The notes below the pieces were generated by a model, which saw nothing but the letters and a program-made list of their open reading frames with translations, was not told where the DNA came from and did no database searches. A program made the translations under genes and the position numbers. From Anaeramoeba ignava BMAN (Eukaryota > Protista > Anaeramoebae): 64,000 nucleotides of DNA. Shown here in pieces: positions 1 through 14,094 of this stretch. Positions within the stretch are counted from its first letter, which is position 1. Each line of letters opens with the position of its first letter. The DNA lies in the NCBI GenBank assembly GCA_028826165.1, contig JAPDFW010000066.1, positions 1 through 64,000 on the forward strand, written 5' to 3'.

Positions 1-2027
1 TTTTTATAATAATAATAATAATAAGAAAAATAATTTAATCTATTCTTAATTCAATTAACATAATTTATCATTTCATTCTTTTTTAAAAAAATTTTTTAAT
101 TAATTAAAAAATGTTAAAATATAATATAATCTGAAAAATAAAAATAAAAATAAAAATAAAACTAAAAATAAAACTCTATTGGAATCATATTCAATAAATT
201 TCTTGATTTATCTTTCATTTTTTTTTAGTAAATTATAAAGAAAAAAAAATTTATTTATTTATTCTTTATTTGAAATTATTTTTAATCAGAAAAAAGAAAT
301 AAAGAAAGAAAGAACTCAATTCATTTTTTTTTCTTTCCCATTATTATTATTATTAAAGATAAAAAGATAGAAGTTAATTTAATTTATTTTATTAAAGAAA
401 TTTTTAAAAATGAAGTTTTATTTTATTTTTATTTTTATTTTTATTTTTATTTTTATTTTTTAATTAATTAATTAAAGTTTTAAAATTCTAATTTAATTGA
501 TAAATTTATTGTTTTATTGAAGAAATATCAAAAAAATCAAAACTAATAAATCAAAAAAATGAAAATGAAAATGAAAATGAAAATGAAAAAATCTTTCTAT
601 TCAAATAATTTTTTCTTTTATTTTAATTTATATTTTTATATTTATACATTTATCTCTTTTTTCTTTCAATAATAAATCAAAATTTTTTAAAACCAAAAAA
701 AAATTAAAAATTATTTTAAAAAATAAAAATAAAAATCAAAAATTTTAATAATTTGAAAATTAATATTAAAATATTATTATTATTATTTTTATTCATTTTT
801 TTTATTGATTAACAATAATATTCCCTTTTTTTTTAATTTATTTATTATTTTTCTTTTCTTTATTAAATAATTTATATATTTATTTATATTTGTTAAAAAA
901 AAAGATACAAATAACAAAAAGAATAAATAGAATATAAAATATATTTTATTTTCTAAATTCTTCTTCTGAAAAAAAAAAGGGGAAAAGTAAAAGATCTAGA
1001 AAAATATTATTAATATTAATAAAATAAAGGAAAATTTAATTTAATTTAATTTTTAAAAAATAAAGTGAAACAAAACAAGAAATAAATATAAATTTATTTA
1101 AATATTAATTGAAATGAAAAGAAAAGAAAAAATTTTCAAATTAAAAAACAACAATAAATATAAATATAAAATATAAATAATATTAATAAAAAAAATGTAT
1201 TTTTCTTTTATTTTTTCTTCTTATTTTTATTTTTATTTTTATTTTTATTTTTTATTTGGAATAATAAAAATTGTTTTTAAAATTAAAATTTAATTTAATT
1301 TAATAAATTTGAGAAAAGAAATAATTATTTATTTTTTTGTTTGGAATTATTAAATTATTTACTTTTATTTTTAAATTTAATAAAAATAAGAATAAGAATA
1401 AGATATAAACTTATTAATGTATATTTTTTATAATTTTTAAATTTTAATCAATAAATTTATTATTTTAATTATTTTGGTTATTAAAATAAAAGAAAATTAA
1501 TATAAAAAAAATCACAAAATCAAATATTATTTTTTTCAAATTCTTTTTGATTATAATAAAAAAAAATTGGAAAATAAAAGAATAATAAATTAACAATAAA
1601 AACAAAAACAAACAAACAACAAGAATTAATTTCCCTTTTCCTTTTTTTCTTTTATTTTATTGAGAAATTTTTTAAATAAAAGTCAAAAGAAGAAAATTTA
1701 TTTCAAAATTAATTAATAAAAAAAAATGAGATAAAATAATTTAATTATTTATTAATAAAAAATGAAAAAATACATAAAAAGAAAATTTTATCAATTTTTA
1801 TTTTGTTTTAAAATTATTTCTTTAATTATTATTAACCAAAAATTTAAAAAATAAATAATAAATAAATAAAATTTTGATTTGAAATTAATTAAATTAAAAA
1901 AATAATTGAAATAAAAATAGTATGTAAATTTAATAAAAAAATTTTTTAAATTCAAATTTTTCATCATAAAAAACAATAATAAAAATAATTCAAAATTATT
2001 TTTAAATTTTTTAATTCATTTATTTAG

Positions 2028-2123
2028 GAATCTCCACTTCATTATTTATGCAAGAACAAATCAATTACAACAGATATTATTAGGATTTTGATTAATAAAG
2101 GAGTTAATTTCAATTTACAAAAA
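2028..2123 (+). CDS. Isolated internal exon encoding one ankyrin repeat
   Basis: tttag|GAA...AAA|gtaaaa, 96 nt, phase 0-0. Translates [32 protein letters not shown] (ankyrin PLH...L...G..N pattern). Not in the ORF track. Confidence 0.8.
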
Positions 2124-5100
2124 GTAAAAAAAAATTTACAAAAAAAAATAAATTGAATAATAATAATAATCAAAATATTATTATTATTATTAATTATATT
2201 TTAAAAACAAAAATAAAAATAATTTAAAATTATAATTTTCTTTATGTAATAATAAAAACAAGAAATCTAAATTTTGTTTATAATTTCAATTTTAATTTTT
2301 TTTATTATAAAAAATAATTATTTACAAAAAGAAAAAAATTAAAAAAAAATTTGAAAGAGAAAGAGAAAGAGAAAGAGAAAGAAAATATTTTTATTTTTAT
2401 ATTTATTATTTAAAAGAATAATAATTAATAAATTTAATATATAAATTTAATTTTAATTACAAAATAATAATAATAATAATAAGTTTTAGATAATTTTAAG
2501 TTATGAAATAAAAATATTATTTTATTTATAAATCTTTATTTAATAACAAATTTAAATTAATTCTTTTTTAAAATAAATAAATAATTAATTAAACACAAAA
2601 AGAAACTTCAAATTATTTTTCATTTATTTAACAAAAAAAATAAAAAATAAAACCAAAATTTTATAAAATTCAAATAATTTTTTTTTTGATAAAATTTTTT
2701 CAATTTGAAATGAAATGATAAAATAAAAATAAAAATATTATTATTAATTATTATTTAGATAAGAAATTTTGAAAAGATAAATATATTTTTTATTTATTTA
2801 TTTCAAATAAACAAATTAAATAAATAAAAGAATTAAAAATAATCAGAATTATTGAAAAAAAAAAGAAAGAAATTATTAATTTATAAATAAATTTATTATT
2901 CTTAATCTAAATATTAAATATTAGAGAAAAAATAAAATAAAATTTATTTAATATTCATTTAGATTAAAATAATCAAAATTATTGAAAACAAAAACAAAAG
3001 GAAATTTTTTTTTTCTTTTTTTTTCTTTAAATTATTCAAAATGATATTTTCTTTTCATATTTTTATTTTTTTTCATTTTTAAAATTATAAAATATTAATA
3101 AATTATTTCATTCATTTTTATTTATTTATATATTATAATTCAATTTTATTAATAATTTCCAAGTATTTATAATAAATATATAATTTTGAAAAATAAATTT
3201 TTAATCTCAAATCATAAAAAAATATTATTTATTTATTTATTATTAATTAAATTTAAAAACAAACAAACAAACAAACAAATAACACAAATTTATTCCAAAA
3301 TAAAAAAATTTATTTCTAATAAAAAGAATATTTTTCATTTTCATTTCCTTTTTCTTTCTTTTTTTTTTTAAATTTATAAAATAATTACAAAGAAAAAAAA
3401 ATATTTAATTAATTTAATAATTATTTATTTTTGATTTAAAATTATTAAATAGATTGTAAATATTTTAAAATAAAATTTAATCAAATCAAAAAATAAAAAA
3501 AAAGAAAAAGAAAAAGAAAAGAAAAGAAAGAATAATTATTTTATAATTCATTTCAATTTTAATTTTATTTTAAATTTATATATTTAATCAAATTTTTTGT
3601 TTATTAATTTATAATAATAAATATTTTATTTTATTAAATTTTAAAATAACTCTTCTTCTTCTTCTTTTTTTATTTATTTTTTATTTATAATAATAATAAT
3701 TTATTATTTACTTAATTTTTCATTTTATTTAATAATATTAATATTTATTTTTGAAATTTTATATTTATTATACAAAATAAAAATAATTAATTTCCCTCAA
3801 AAAATAATAATATTAATATTAATAAATATTATTATTTTCATTTCAAAATTTTTCATTTTATAAAATTTAATTTTTTTCTTATTTATTAAAAATTATAAAT
3901 TTATTTATTCATTTACTTCTATTTTTTTTTTATTATTCTTTTATTTACATATTTTTTATTTTTATTTTGGAAAAAAAACAACAAATTTAAAATTTAATTC
4001 TTTCAATCTAAAATATTATTTAAAAATTAAAGAAAATGAAAAAAAAAGTAAATGAATAAATTTATATTTTTATTTTTATTTTTATTTTTATATTTTCTTT
4101 AAATTGGAAAATAAAATTTAAAAAGAAAAATATTATTTTTTTATTCTCAAATCTTATTTTTTGAATTTCAATTTTGATTTAAAAAAGAAAAATTCAATAA
4201 TTTCTTTTTTGAAATATGATTAATGATTATTATTTATTTTTTTCAATATTAATATATTTTGAATTTGAGAAATTTAATTATCAATAAACTTTTTATTCAA
4301 ATTTAAATATTTTTTTTCTTTAGTGAATAATAATTAAATTTATATCAACTCTTTTTATTTGAGAAATTATTTTTATAATATAAAGATAAGTTATTATAAT
4401 TTGTTATTAAATTAAATAAAATTATTCTTTTATTTTATTTTAAATTTTAATATTAAATTTTTTCTTTTCATATTTTAAAATATTGAGAGAAAGATGAAAA
4501 AAAGAATATGAAAAAGGAAATAATATTTTTTTATATCATTTTTATTTTTATTATAATCTGAAAAGTAAATCACAATAAATTAAATTAAAATCAATTTTTT
4601 ATTTTAAAAAAAATTTGGGAAAAAAAAAAGGAAATATTTATTATTCTCTCTAAATTGGATATTGGAATTATTTTTATAAAAAAAAATAAGAATAAATTAT
4701 TTAATCTTTTAAATAAAAATAATATTTAATTAAAAAAAAAATCTATTAAATAAATATTCAGAATAAATATTGATTTAATAAATTCTTTAATATCATTTTT
4801 CTCTTTCATTTTTTTTATATTTCAATATTTTAAACAAAGAAAATTTAAAAAAAAAATTCATTTTCTATTTATTTATTTATTATTAAATTTTGAAAAAAAA
4901 AATAAAATTATTTTTTGATTTTACAATAAATTTGAGTTTATCAATATTTTTATTGAATATTCTTTTATTGAAAATTAAATTATTTCCAATTTATTAAATA
5001 TAAAAATTTTTTAATGAAATATTAATTTAATTTATTAAATTTTTTTTTTGGAAATTTTGAAAGAGAATGAAATTGAAAATTATTTTTTTTGATTATTTTA

Positions 5101-6862
5101 TATCCTTTTTAATTAATTAATTCAATTTCTTCTTAATTTTAATTTTAATTTTATTAGATTTATTCTCTTCCTTCTTTTTTTTTAAAAAAAAGTGATTATT
5201 ATCAAATTGATTTTTAATATTAATAAGATTTAATTTAATTTAATAATTGAAAAAAAAAACAAAACAAAATTTTATTCTTAATAATATTGAATAAATTCTT
5301 AATTTGAATAATATTTTATTTTTATTTTTATTTAATTTAATTTAATTTTATAATATAAATTTTAATTAAATATTTGTGTTAATGTGAATAAAAATTAATT
5401 ATTTTTTTATTCAAATATAAACTCAAAACAATAAATATTTCTTTTATATTAATTATTACAAAATAATAATAATAAAAATAAAAATGTTACATTAAATCCA
5501 ATATTTATTTATATTATTTTTTTGAAATAAAATTCTTCTTCAATTTAATAATTTTGATATTATCGAAATTTTAGAAATAAAATAAGATATTAAAATTATT
5601 TTATTTCTCCTTTTAAAACTTCTTTCTTATATAATTCACATATTTTTTTTTGTTTTTAATTATATTTATTTTTGTTTCGTTTCATATTTACTCAATTATA
5701 ATCAAAGAAATATTAAGAAAATAAAGAAAAAACCAAATATTTTTATTTTTATTTTTATTTTTATTTTTATTTTTGATAATATTAAAATATTATTTCTAGA
5801 TTATTAAAAATCAAAAACCAAAAATCTGTAAATATTATAAGATAATCTAAATTTAATAAAATTTTATTCTTTTAAATTTTTTTTTAATTTAATAAATTGT
5901 AATATAAATTAAAATTGATTAACAATTTGTAATTATCATAATTCACATATATTATTTAATTATTTTTTTTATAAACTAAATAATGAAATGAATTAAATTT
6001 AGATATCAATAATTTTTGTTTTTATATTTATCTTCTTTCTATTTCCTTACTTTTTTTTTTTTATTTATTTATTTATTTATTTTCATTCTTTTTATTTATT
6101 TATACATATAGATTTTCTAAATAATTTATTTTATTCCTCAAGATAATTTACAAAACAAAAACAAAAACAAAAAAATTTGGATTGAAAATTATTTCATTTT
6201 TAATCATAATCTTATACTTTGAAAATAAAAATATAATAATTATAATTATTAAATCAAAATTGAAAGAAAAAAAATATTTAAATTGAATATTAAAAACAAA
6301 AAAAGAAAGAGAAGATAAATTTAAAATATTTTTTATTTTTATTTAAGATATTTAAAATTAAAACAAAAAAATAATAAAAATAAAATCCAATTCTTAAATT
6401 CTCTAAAATAAATAAATTATTTATTAAGAAATCCAAAAAAAAAATATGATTATGAATTGAATAAACGAGAAATTATTGAATAAAAATAGTAAATATAAAA
6501 TGATTAAAAGTGAGAAAGATAAATAATTAGAAAGAAAAGAAAAAAAAAAAAATTTCAATAAATATTTCTTTATAAAATGTTTTAAAAATAATAAAAACAA
6601 AAATAAAAATAGAAACAAAGAAAAAAAAAAGAATTTTATAATAATAATATTAATATATATAAGCTTAAATACTCAAATCAATAATATAAAAAATTATTTC
6701 ACTTATATTTGTGAAATTAAATAATTTCAATAAAAATAAAAATAAAAATAAAAACAATCATTTTAATTTGAATAAAAAAAATCAATTATTGAAAAGAAAA
6801 ATAATTAATATTGAAAGGAGAAAGAGATAATTCCTTTTTTTTTCTTTTTAATTAAATTTCTC

Positions 6863-8240
6863 AAAATAAAATTATTATTAAAATAATTTTAAAAATTTAA
6901 TTTTTTAAAATAAATTTATTTTCTTAATTATAAATAAATTTATTTTAATTTTATATTAAATTAAAAAAATATTTATTATTTCTTAAATTATTTTATTATT
7001 ATTTTTTAAATAGGGTGTAAATAAAATTATTATTAAAATAATTTTAAAAATTTAATTTTTTAAAATAAATTCATTTTCTTAATTATAAATAAATTTATTT
7101 TAATTTTATATTAAATTAAAAAAATATTTATTATTTCTTAAATTATTTTATTATTTTTTAAATAGTTTGTAAATAAAATTATTATTAAAATAATTTTAAA
7201 AATTTAATTTTTTAAAATAAATTTATTTTCTTAATTATAAATAAATTTATTATAATTTTATATTAAATTAAAAAAATATTTATTATTTCTTAAATTATTT
7301 TATTATTTTTTTAAATAGATTGTAAATAAAATTATTATTAAAATAATTTTAAAAATTTAATTTTTTAAAATAAATTCATTTTCTTAATTATAAATAAATT
7401 TATTATTATTTTAATAATTTTATATTAAATTAAAAAAATATTTATTTCTTAAATTATTTTATTATTATTTTTAAATATTATTATGTAAATAAAAAAATTA
7501 TTAAAATAATTTTAAAAATTTAATTTTTAAAATAAATTTATTTTCTTAATTATAAATAAATTTTTATTTTTATTTATTTTATTTTTATATTTAAATTAAA
7601 TTAAAAATATTTATTATTTTTTAAAAATTATTTTATTATTATTTTTAAATAGTTTGTAAATAAAAATTATTTTTAAAATAATTTTAAAAATTTAATTTTT
7701 AAAATAAATTTATTTTTTATTAATTATTTTAAAATTTATTATAAATTATTTTTTTAATTAAAAATATTTATTATTTTATATTTAAATTATTTTAAATTTA
7801 TTTTAATTTTTAAATAGGATGTAAAATAAAATTATTATTAAAATAATTTTAAAAATTTAATTTTTAAAATAAATTTTATTTAATTTTTAATTATAAATAA
7901 ATTTATTATTTTAATTTTATATTAAATTAAAAAATATTTATTATTTCTTAAATTATTTTATTATTATTTTTAAATTAAATGTAAATAAAAATTATTATTA
8001 AAATAATTTTAAAAATTTAATTTTTTAAATAAAATAAATTTATTTTCTTAATTATAAATAAATTTATTATTATTTTATATTAAATTAAAAAATATTTATT
8101 ATTTCTTAAATTATTTTATTATTTTTAAATAGGGAGTAAATAAAATTATTATTAAAATAATTTTAAAAATTTAATTTTTTAAAATAAATTCATTTTCTTA
8201 ATTATAAATAAAAATTTATTATAATTTTATTACAAATTAT
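6863..8240. repeat. AT-rich minisatellite, ~160 bp unit, ~8.5 copies
   Basis: Marker (t/a)gtaaataaaattattattaaaataattttaaaaatttaa recurs near 7016, 7168, 7321, 7484, 7655, 7820, 7980 and 8135. Confidence 0.9.
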
Positions 8241-8244
8241 TTTT

Positions 8245-10195
8245 AAAAATAAATTTTGCATTTTTGAAAAATTTTGAATCCGAGTTTCGTCAAAAAAATA
8301 AAAAGAAAATTGAAATGAAATTTTGTTTTCATTTTTTCAAAAAAAAATGAATTAAAAAGAAAAATGATCAACCAAAAATTTGTTTCAAAAATTGAAAGCC
8401 AAAACTTCTTTTTCAAAAAGAAAATAAATTTTGATTTTTGCTTATAAAATTTTAAGTTTCTTTTTTCTGATGAAATGAAAATCAATTTTTTAAATTTTTA
8501 GAACATATAAAAGATTATAAATTTAAATTTCTTTTTCCTCTCCAAACTTGATTCATTGATCCAAAAAAATTTTTCATCCTTAATAATTTAATAATTCTAA
8601 TAATTCTATAACAATGAAGGAGTTCTTGCAATTGTTGCATTGGAATCAGATGAAAAGAACATTCAAAAGACCAATGAAGATTTTCAAAAAAGGAATTTCA
8701 GAATACTTTACCCAAATCTTTATTAGGTGAAAAACATAAAACAATGAACTTGATGAAAAGAAAATAGAATTTTTGAAAAAAAATAGCACTTTCAGAAACA
8801 AATTTCAAAAGTACATAATAAAATTTTTTATCCAAATGAAAAAGAAAAATGGAAAAGAATACAAAATGAAAACTTTCAGTTCTTATTGTTCCAATTTTTT
8901 TCATTATTTGAAAGTTGATAAACAAATCATAATTGTTTTAACTAAAATAATTCGAATAATTCTTTTGGTCTTGAGACAAATTTTGACAAGTGAAGGATCC
9001 ACAATTCCCAATACTTAACTTAGGGAAGAAGCGGACTTGATGAATTTTTTGGACCTCAAAAATCCCAAGCATCTTACTGTTGCTACTCTTTTCTCGCTAG
9101 CCAAGCATTTCTGTCTCAGAGGTGAAGAAGTGACAAATCTGGAAGTTGGACAACTTACTTTTGAACATAGGGAAAATGAGGATTTTATCATATATAGACA
9201 GGGTGAATCTAAAAACAACAAGGTAGTTACACACAACACAAACTTCGAACCCAAGATCTCAAAACTTTTTAGATTAAGTGATCACCCCAAAGATCCATAT
9301 AATGTGATAAAAGTTTATTGGGATTACAGAAGAAGACTGGATACGGAAAAGAGCTCACTTTTTTTTCGAGCGATAAATTTTAACTCCACAAATGGAAATT
9401 TGCTAAAAAATCAAAGCATTAAATCACAAACCTTATTAAAACATTTCAAGGCGGTGGCAAAAAAAAGGCAGGAATTTCAAAAAAAAATTTCAAAAACGTT
9501 ATTTTTGCTCATTCGATTAGAGTAAACGGCTGTTTCAGATTGCATCAAAAATTCAAAAATTCTTAAAAATGATCTAAAAAGCGGGCATAAATCCATATCT
9601 TCATTACAAATTTATAAACGCTCTTCCATTGAAAAAGAAAAAAAAGTTGATTCTTTACTTCATTTGCCTTTAGAAGTGTCTCAAACTTCTGACAATTCTC
9701 ATTTTTCCAATGAGGTTACAACATCGAAAGAAGATTTAAATCATTCAGGAATTTCTTCACTTTTGATAATTATTTTGTTTTTATTATTATTCAATTTTCT
9801 ACTGGTTAAATAAAAATAATTTTATTTTTTTTTTCATGGACAGAACAGATTAAAGAAAAAAAAAACAAAAATTTTGAAAAATATTTTTTGAAAAATCAAA
9901 AATTTTAATTCATAATTCATTTTCAAATCTTTCTTTCTTTTTTCTTTCTTATAATTTCTTTCTTTTTTCTTTTTTTTTAAAATGAAATAAAAATTTCTTT
10001 CTTTTTTTTTTATTCTTTCAAATTTTTATTTAAATCTTTTTTTTTTCTTTTATAAAAATTTGAAATAATAATTTTAAAAATAAAAATCCTTTCCCCAATT
10101 TCATTTTTTTTGTTTTTTGATGATTCCTTCTTTCAATAAAAAAAGAAGAGAAAAAAAAGGCGCGAAAATTTCAAAAATTGATATTTTTAAATGAT
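8245..10195 (+). mobile_element. Crypton-like tyrosine-recombinase transposon (boundaries approximate)
   Basis: GC-richer island containing a tyrosine recombinase reading frame. Ends inferred from the composition change only. Confidence 0.6.
8610..9813 (+). pseudogene. Frameshifted tyrosine recombinase, DUF3504/Crypton type
   Basis: KKKNGKEYK N-terminal motif; FCLRGEE (R), SKNN (K), DPYNVIKVY and LFFR in ORF 9037-9525. After a frameshift, FAHSIR (H-x-x-R, CAT at 9510) and then GHKSISSLQIYKR (GH...Y, Tyr at ~9613). Confidence 0.8.
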
Positions 10196-12313
10196 TTTTT
10201 TTATATTTTTAAAATAAAAAAATTAAGAAAATTATAATAATAAAAGAAATTAATATTATTATTGTCTCAATTTATTTTTATTTTTACAAAAAGATATTTT
10301 TAAATTTTACACCAGAATAAAATATAAAAAATGAGTTTTTATTATTATAATATATAATATTGATTATAATAATTAATTTATTAATTGAAATAATTTATTA
10401 TTTTTTTTATTGATTTTGTAAATTAATTTATATATTATTATAATAAAATATTTGATAAAAAAAAAGTAATTAAATTAAGTAATTTAATTCACAATCAAGA
10501 TCAAATTCAAAAGAAAAAGAAAAAGAAAAAGAAAAAGAATATAGGTTTTTTTTCTCTTTTTGTTTTTAATTTCAATTTTAGTTTAATAAAATAAAATTTA
10601 TGAATAAAAAAAAGGAAAAGAAGAGATATTCATATTTTTTTTTCTCAAACAAACATTTTAAAAATCTATTATTAATTTATTTTTATTTTGAAAGGAAAAT
10701 TAAATAAATTACAATCTTTATCTTTTTTCTTTTTTTTTAAATGAGAATATTTTTATTATAAAAATAATTAATTAATTTTTGAAAAAAAAAAATTTAAAAG
10801 AAAAAAAAAAGGAATTATTAAGAATAATTTAATTTGTTATATAGAAAAATCAATTTAATTAATAATAAATAAAATTATTATTATTATTATTAAAAATAAA
10901 AAATATTATTTTGAATATTTTCTTAAATTTAAATTATATTTTTCCATTTAACAAATTAAGTTATTTTTTGATTTTTTTTTTAAATTTAATAAAATAAAAA
11001 TTTAAAAAAAAAAGATTAAATTAAAAATCTAATTTAAATTAAGAGAAATGTATTAAAAAAATTTATTAAATTAAATTAAACAAAATTGAAAAATATTTTC
11101 TCAATAAAAATAAAAGAATTAAAATTAGAAAAAAATATATTATTATTATTATTTATAAAAAATATATATAAATAAGAAAAGAAGATTAATTTATTCCAAA
11201 AAAAAATGAATTAAAATTAAAATTTAAAATATATTTACATTTATATTTATTTTTGTTTTATATTAGAAATTTTCAAATTTAATTTCTTATCAAAAAAGAA
11301 AATTGAGTTTTTTTTTTCCAAAATAAATAAGATAAATAAATAAATAAAAATATTAATTAATATAATTTTTGAATGAAGAAATAATATTTAAGTTTTTGTT
11401 TTTTGGAAATTAGAAATATTTATTAATATTTTTTTTTAAACATGATTATATATCATTAATATTCACACACATATACAAAAATTAAATTTATTCTGAAACA
11501 AATTTTCTTTTTTTCTTTTTCTTTTTTCTTCACAAAAAAAAATTATAAAAAAAAATTTTCATTTATCTTTTTTTATTCATTTTTTCCTTTTATTTTCAAT
11601 TTCCCCCTAAAAAAAAACCAAAATTTAAATAAAATAAACTCTAATATTATTTGATTTTTATTTATTTATTTTTATCATATTCTTATTATTTTTTTTTCTT
11701 TTTTTCTTTTTTTCTTTTTGATTAAATTTGAATTGATTTTGAATAATATTTTATATTTATTGAATATTATTAATGATTTCTTCAATAATTCTTTTTCTTA
11801 TCAATTTAAACAATATTTTTTTTTGGAAATTATTCTTAAAAAAAAGAAATTATGAATATTTATTCAATAATTAATCCAAAAAAAAAATAATTTAATTCTA
11901 TTTGGAGAAAAATAAAAATATTTTTTTCTTTTAATCAATAATAAGATACAAATAATATTAAAAATTTGAAAATAAAAATAAAAATAAAAATAAAATAAAA
12001 ATTCATTTTTCCAATAATTTCTCTAAATAAATGAAAAGATAAAATTTCCATTAATTTATATTTATTTTAAATATTTGAGAAAAAGAATTTTTTTTTCAAT
12101 TAATTTTAAATTCAATAATAATAATTATTATTATTATTTGGATTCAGAAGTATTCAAAAAGAAATAATCTATTTCAATTCTTAAATCAAAAAAAACAATA
12201 ATTTAAAAAAAGAAATCAAATCCCAAAAAAAAAATTAAAGAAATTAAAATTATATTAAGAAAATGAATAATTATTTCTCAAAAACAAAAACAAAAACAAA
12301 AAATAAAATAAAA

Positions 12314-12468
12314 ACATAAATATAAATATAAATATAAATATAAATATAAATATAAATATAAATATAAATATAAATATAAATATAAATATAAATATAAATA
12401 TAAATATAAATATAAATATAAATATAAATATAAATATAAATATAAATATAAATATAAATATAAATATA
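12314..12468. repeat. (ATAAAT)n microsatellite
   Basis: Perfect hexamer run. Confidence 0.95.
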
Positions 12469-12994
12469 AGAAATATTTCTAATTTCCCTTTTTTTTTCTT
12501 TTTAATGATTTTTATTCCAAAATTTATTCCTACATTTAAAAAATTGAAATATTTTTATTTAGAATTTTATTTTTATTATAATTATTATGGAAATGAAAAT
12601 ATTTCAAAAATAAAATTATATTTATTTATATTATTTATATGAATAAATTTAGGAAAAGATAAGATATCAAAAATTTAAGATATTTATTTCAATACTTTTA
12701 AATTTGAATAAATATTTTGAATATAAAATATTAAAAATAAAATTAAATTTAATATTTTATTTTCATTTTATAAATAATATTTAAATAATATTAATAATAA
12801 TATTTTGAAGATTTTTCTTTTTTTCAAATTAATAAATAATAAATAATAAAAGAGAATAAGAAATAAAAATAATTTAAAAAGAAATAATACTTTTTAAAAA
12901 CAAATCAAATTTCAATTCTTTTTTTATTTAATATTTAAAATTAATTTTTAATTTATTTTTGGAAAATTTAATTTAAATTAATTAGAAAGTAAAT

Positions 12995-13480
12995 TTAAAA
13001 TTAAAATTAAAATTAAAATTTAAAATTAAAATTAAAATTAAAATTAAAATTAAAAAAATAAAAAAATTAAAAATTAAAATTAAAATTAAAATTAAAATTA
13101 AAATTTAAATTAAAATTAAAAATTAATATTAAAATAAAACTTTAATAAAAAATTTTCAAAAATTCAAAACAAAATCCAAAAACAGGCGGGGTTTAAAAAA
13201 AAAAAACCTGTTTTTAAATCGAGAAATTTTTTTAAAGGAAAAATTTTCAAAAAATTAAAAAATTAAAACTAAAAATTAAAATTTTAAAAACAAAAATAAA
13301 AAAAAAATTTAAAATTATGTTTAAAATCCCTTTTTAAAATTCAAAATTAATATTAAAATTAAAATTAAAATTTAAAATTTAAAATTTAAAATTAAAATTT
13401 AAAATTAAAATAAAAAATTAAAATTAAAATTATTAAAATTAAAATTAAAATTAAAAATTAAAATTAAAAATTAAAAATAT
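12995..13480. repeat. Degenerate (AAAATT)n microsatellite
   Basis: Hexamer runs with interruptions. Confidence 0.85.
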
Positions 13481-13839
13481 TTAATTATATTTTTACTTCT
13501 TTTCTCTTTATTTTTATTATAAATTTATTATTATTTATTTCTAATTTATTTTATTTCTATTTTTATTAAATTCAAAAATTAATTAATTAATAAATTTAAA
13601 TAAATTCATAATAATAAAAATTATTTAATAATAAAAATTTTCAAAATTCAAAATTCAAAATTTCAAAAATATTTTTATTATTAATAAACAAAAAATATCT
13701 TAAATTCTCAAATTTAATTATTATTTTTGAATTATTTTTGAATTATTTTTGGGAAATTAAATTTACAGTAAATTTAATCAAAAACAAAAACAAAAATTAA
13801 TTTAAAAACAAAAATAAAAATAAAAATAATTTTATTTAG

Positions 13840-14045
13840 GAATTCCATTACATTATCATTTAAAAAAGAATCAAATCAAATTACATTTGAAGAAATGAAT
13901 CAAATTTATTGAAAGGATTTAAAACAAAAACAAATCCTTTTGATTTTTAATTACAAAATTGAAGGAAATTAATCAAAATAAATTTTTATCCCAAAGGAAA
14001 ACACCAAAAGATTTACTTTCAGATTCTCTCAAGAAAATGATTTAA
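13840..14045 (+). pseudogene. Degenerate copy of the ankyrin terminal exon at 26000-26155
   Basis: Shares tttatttaggaat..ccattacattatc and acaccaaaagatttact(t/c)cagattctctcaagaaaatgatttaaaaac with the 26 kb exon. The middle is disrupted by indels. Confidence 0.75.
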
Positions 14046-14094
14046 AAACAAATCATTTAAGTGAAAAATTTTTCTTTTTCTTTTTTCTCTTTTT

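Noticed and set aside
1-6860. Short F/L/I/K/N-rich ORFs (1791, 3186, 6424) and possible RNA genes
   Set aside because: Compositional artefacts of very AT-rich DNA; no tRNA or rRNA-like GC-rich structure seen.
13178-13216. Hairpin aaaaacagg...cctgttttt around a GC-rich word
   Set aside because: Short, single and embedded in a noisy AAAATT tract; could be chance or basecalling noise.
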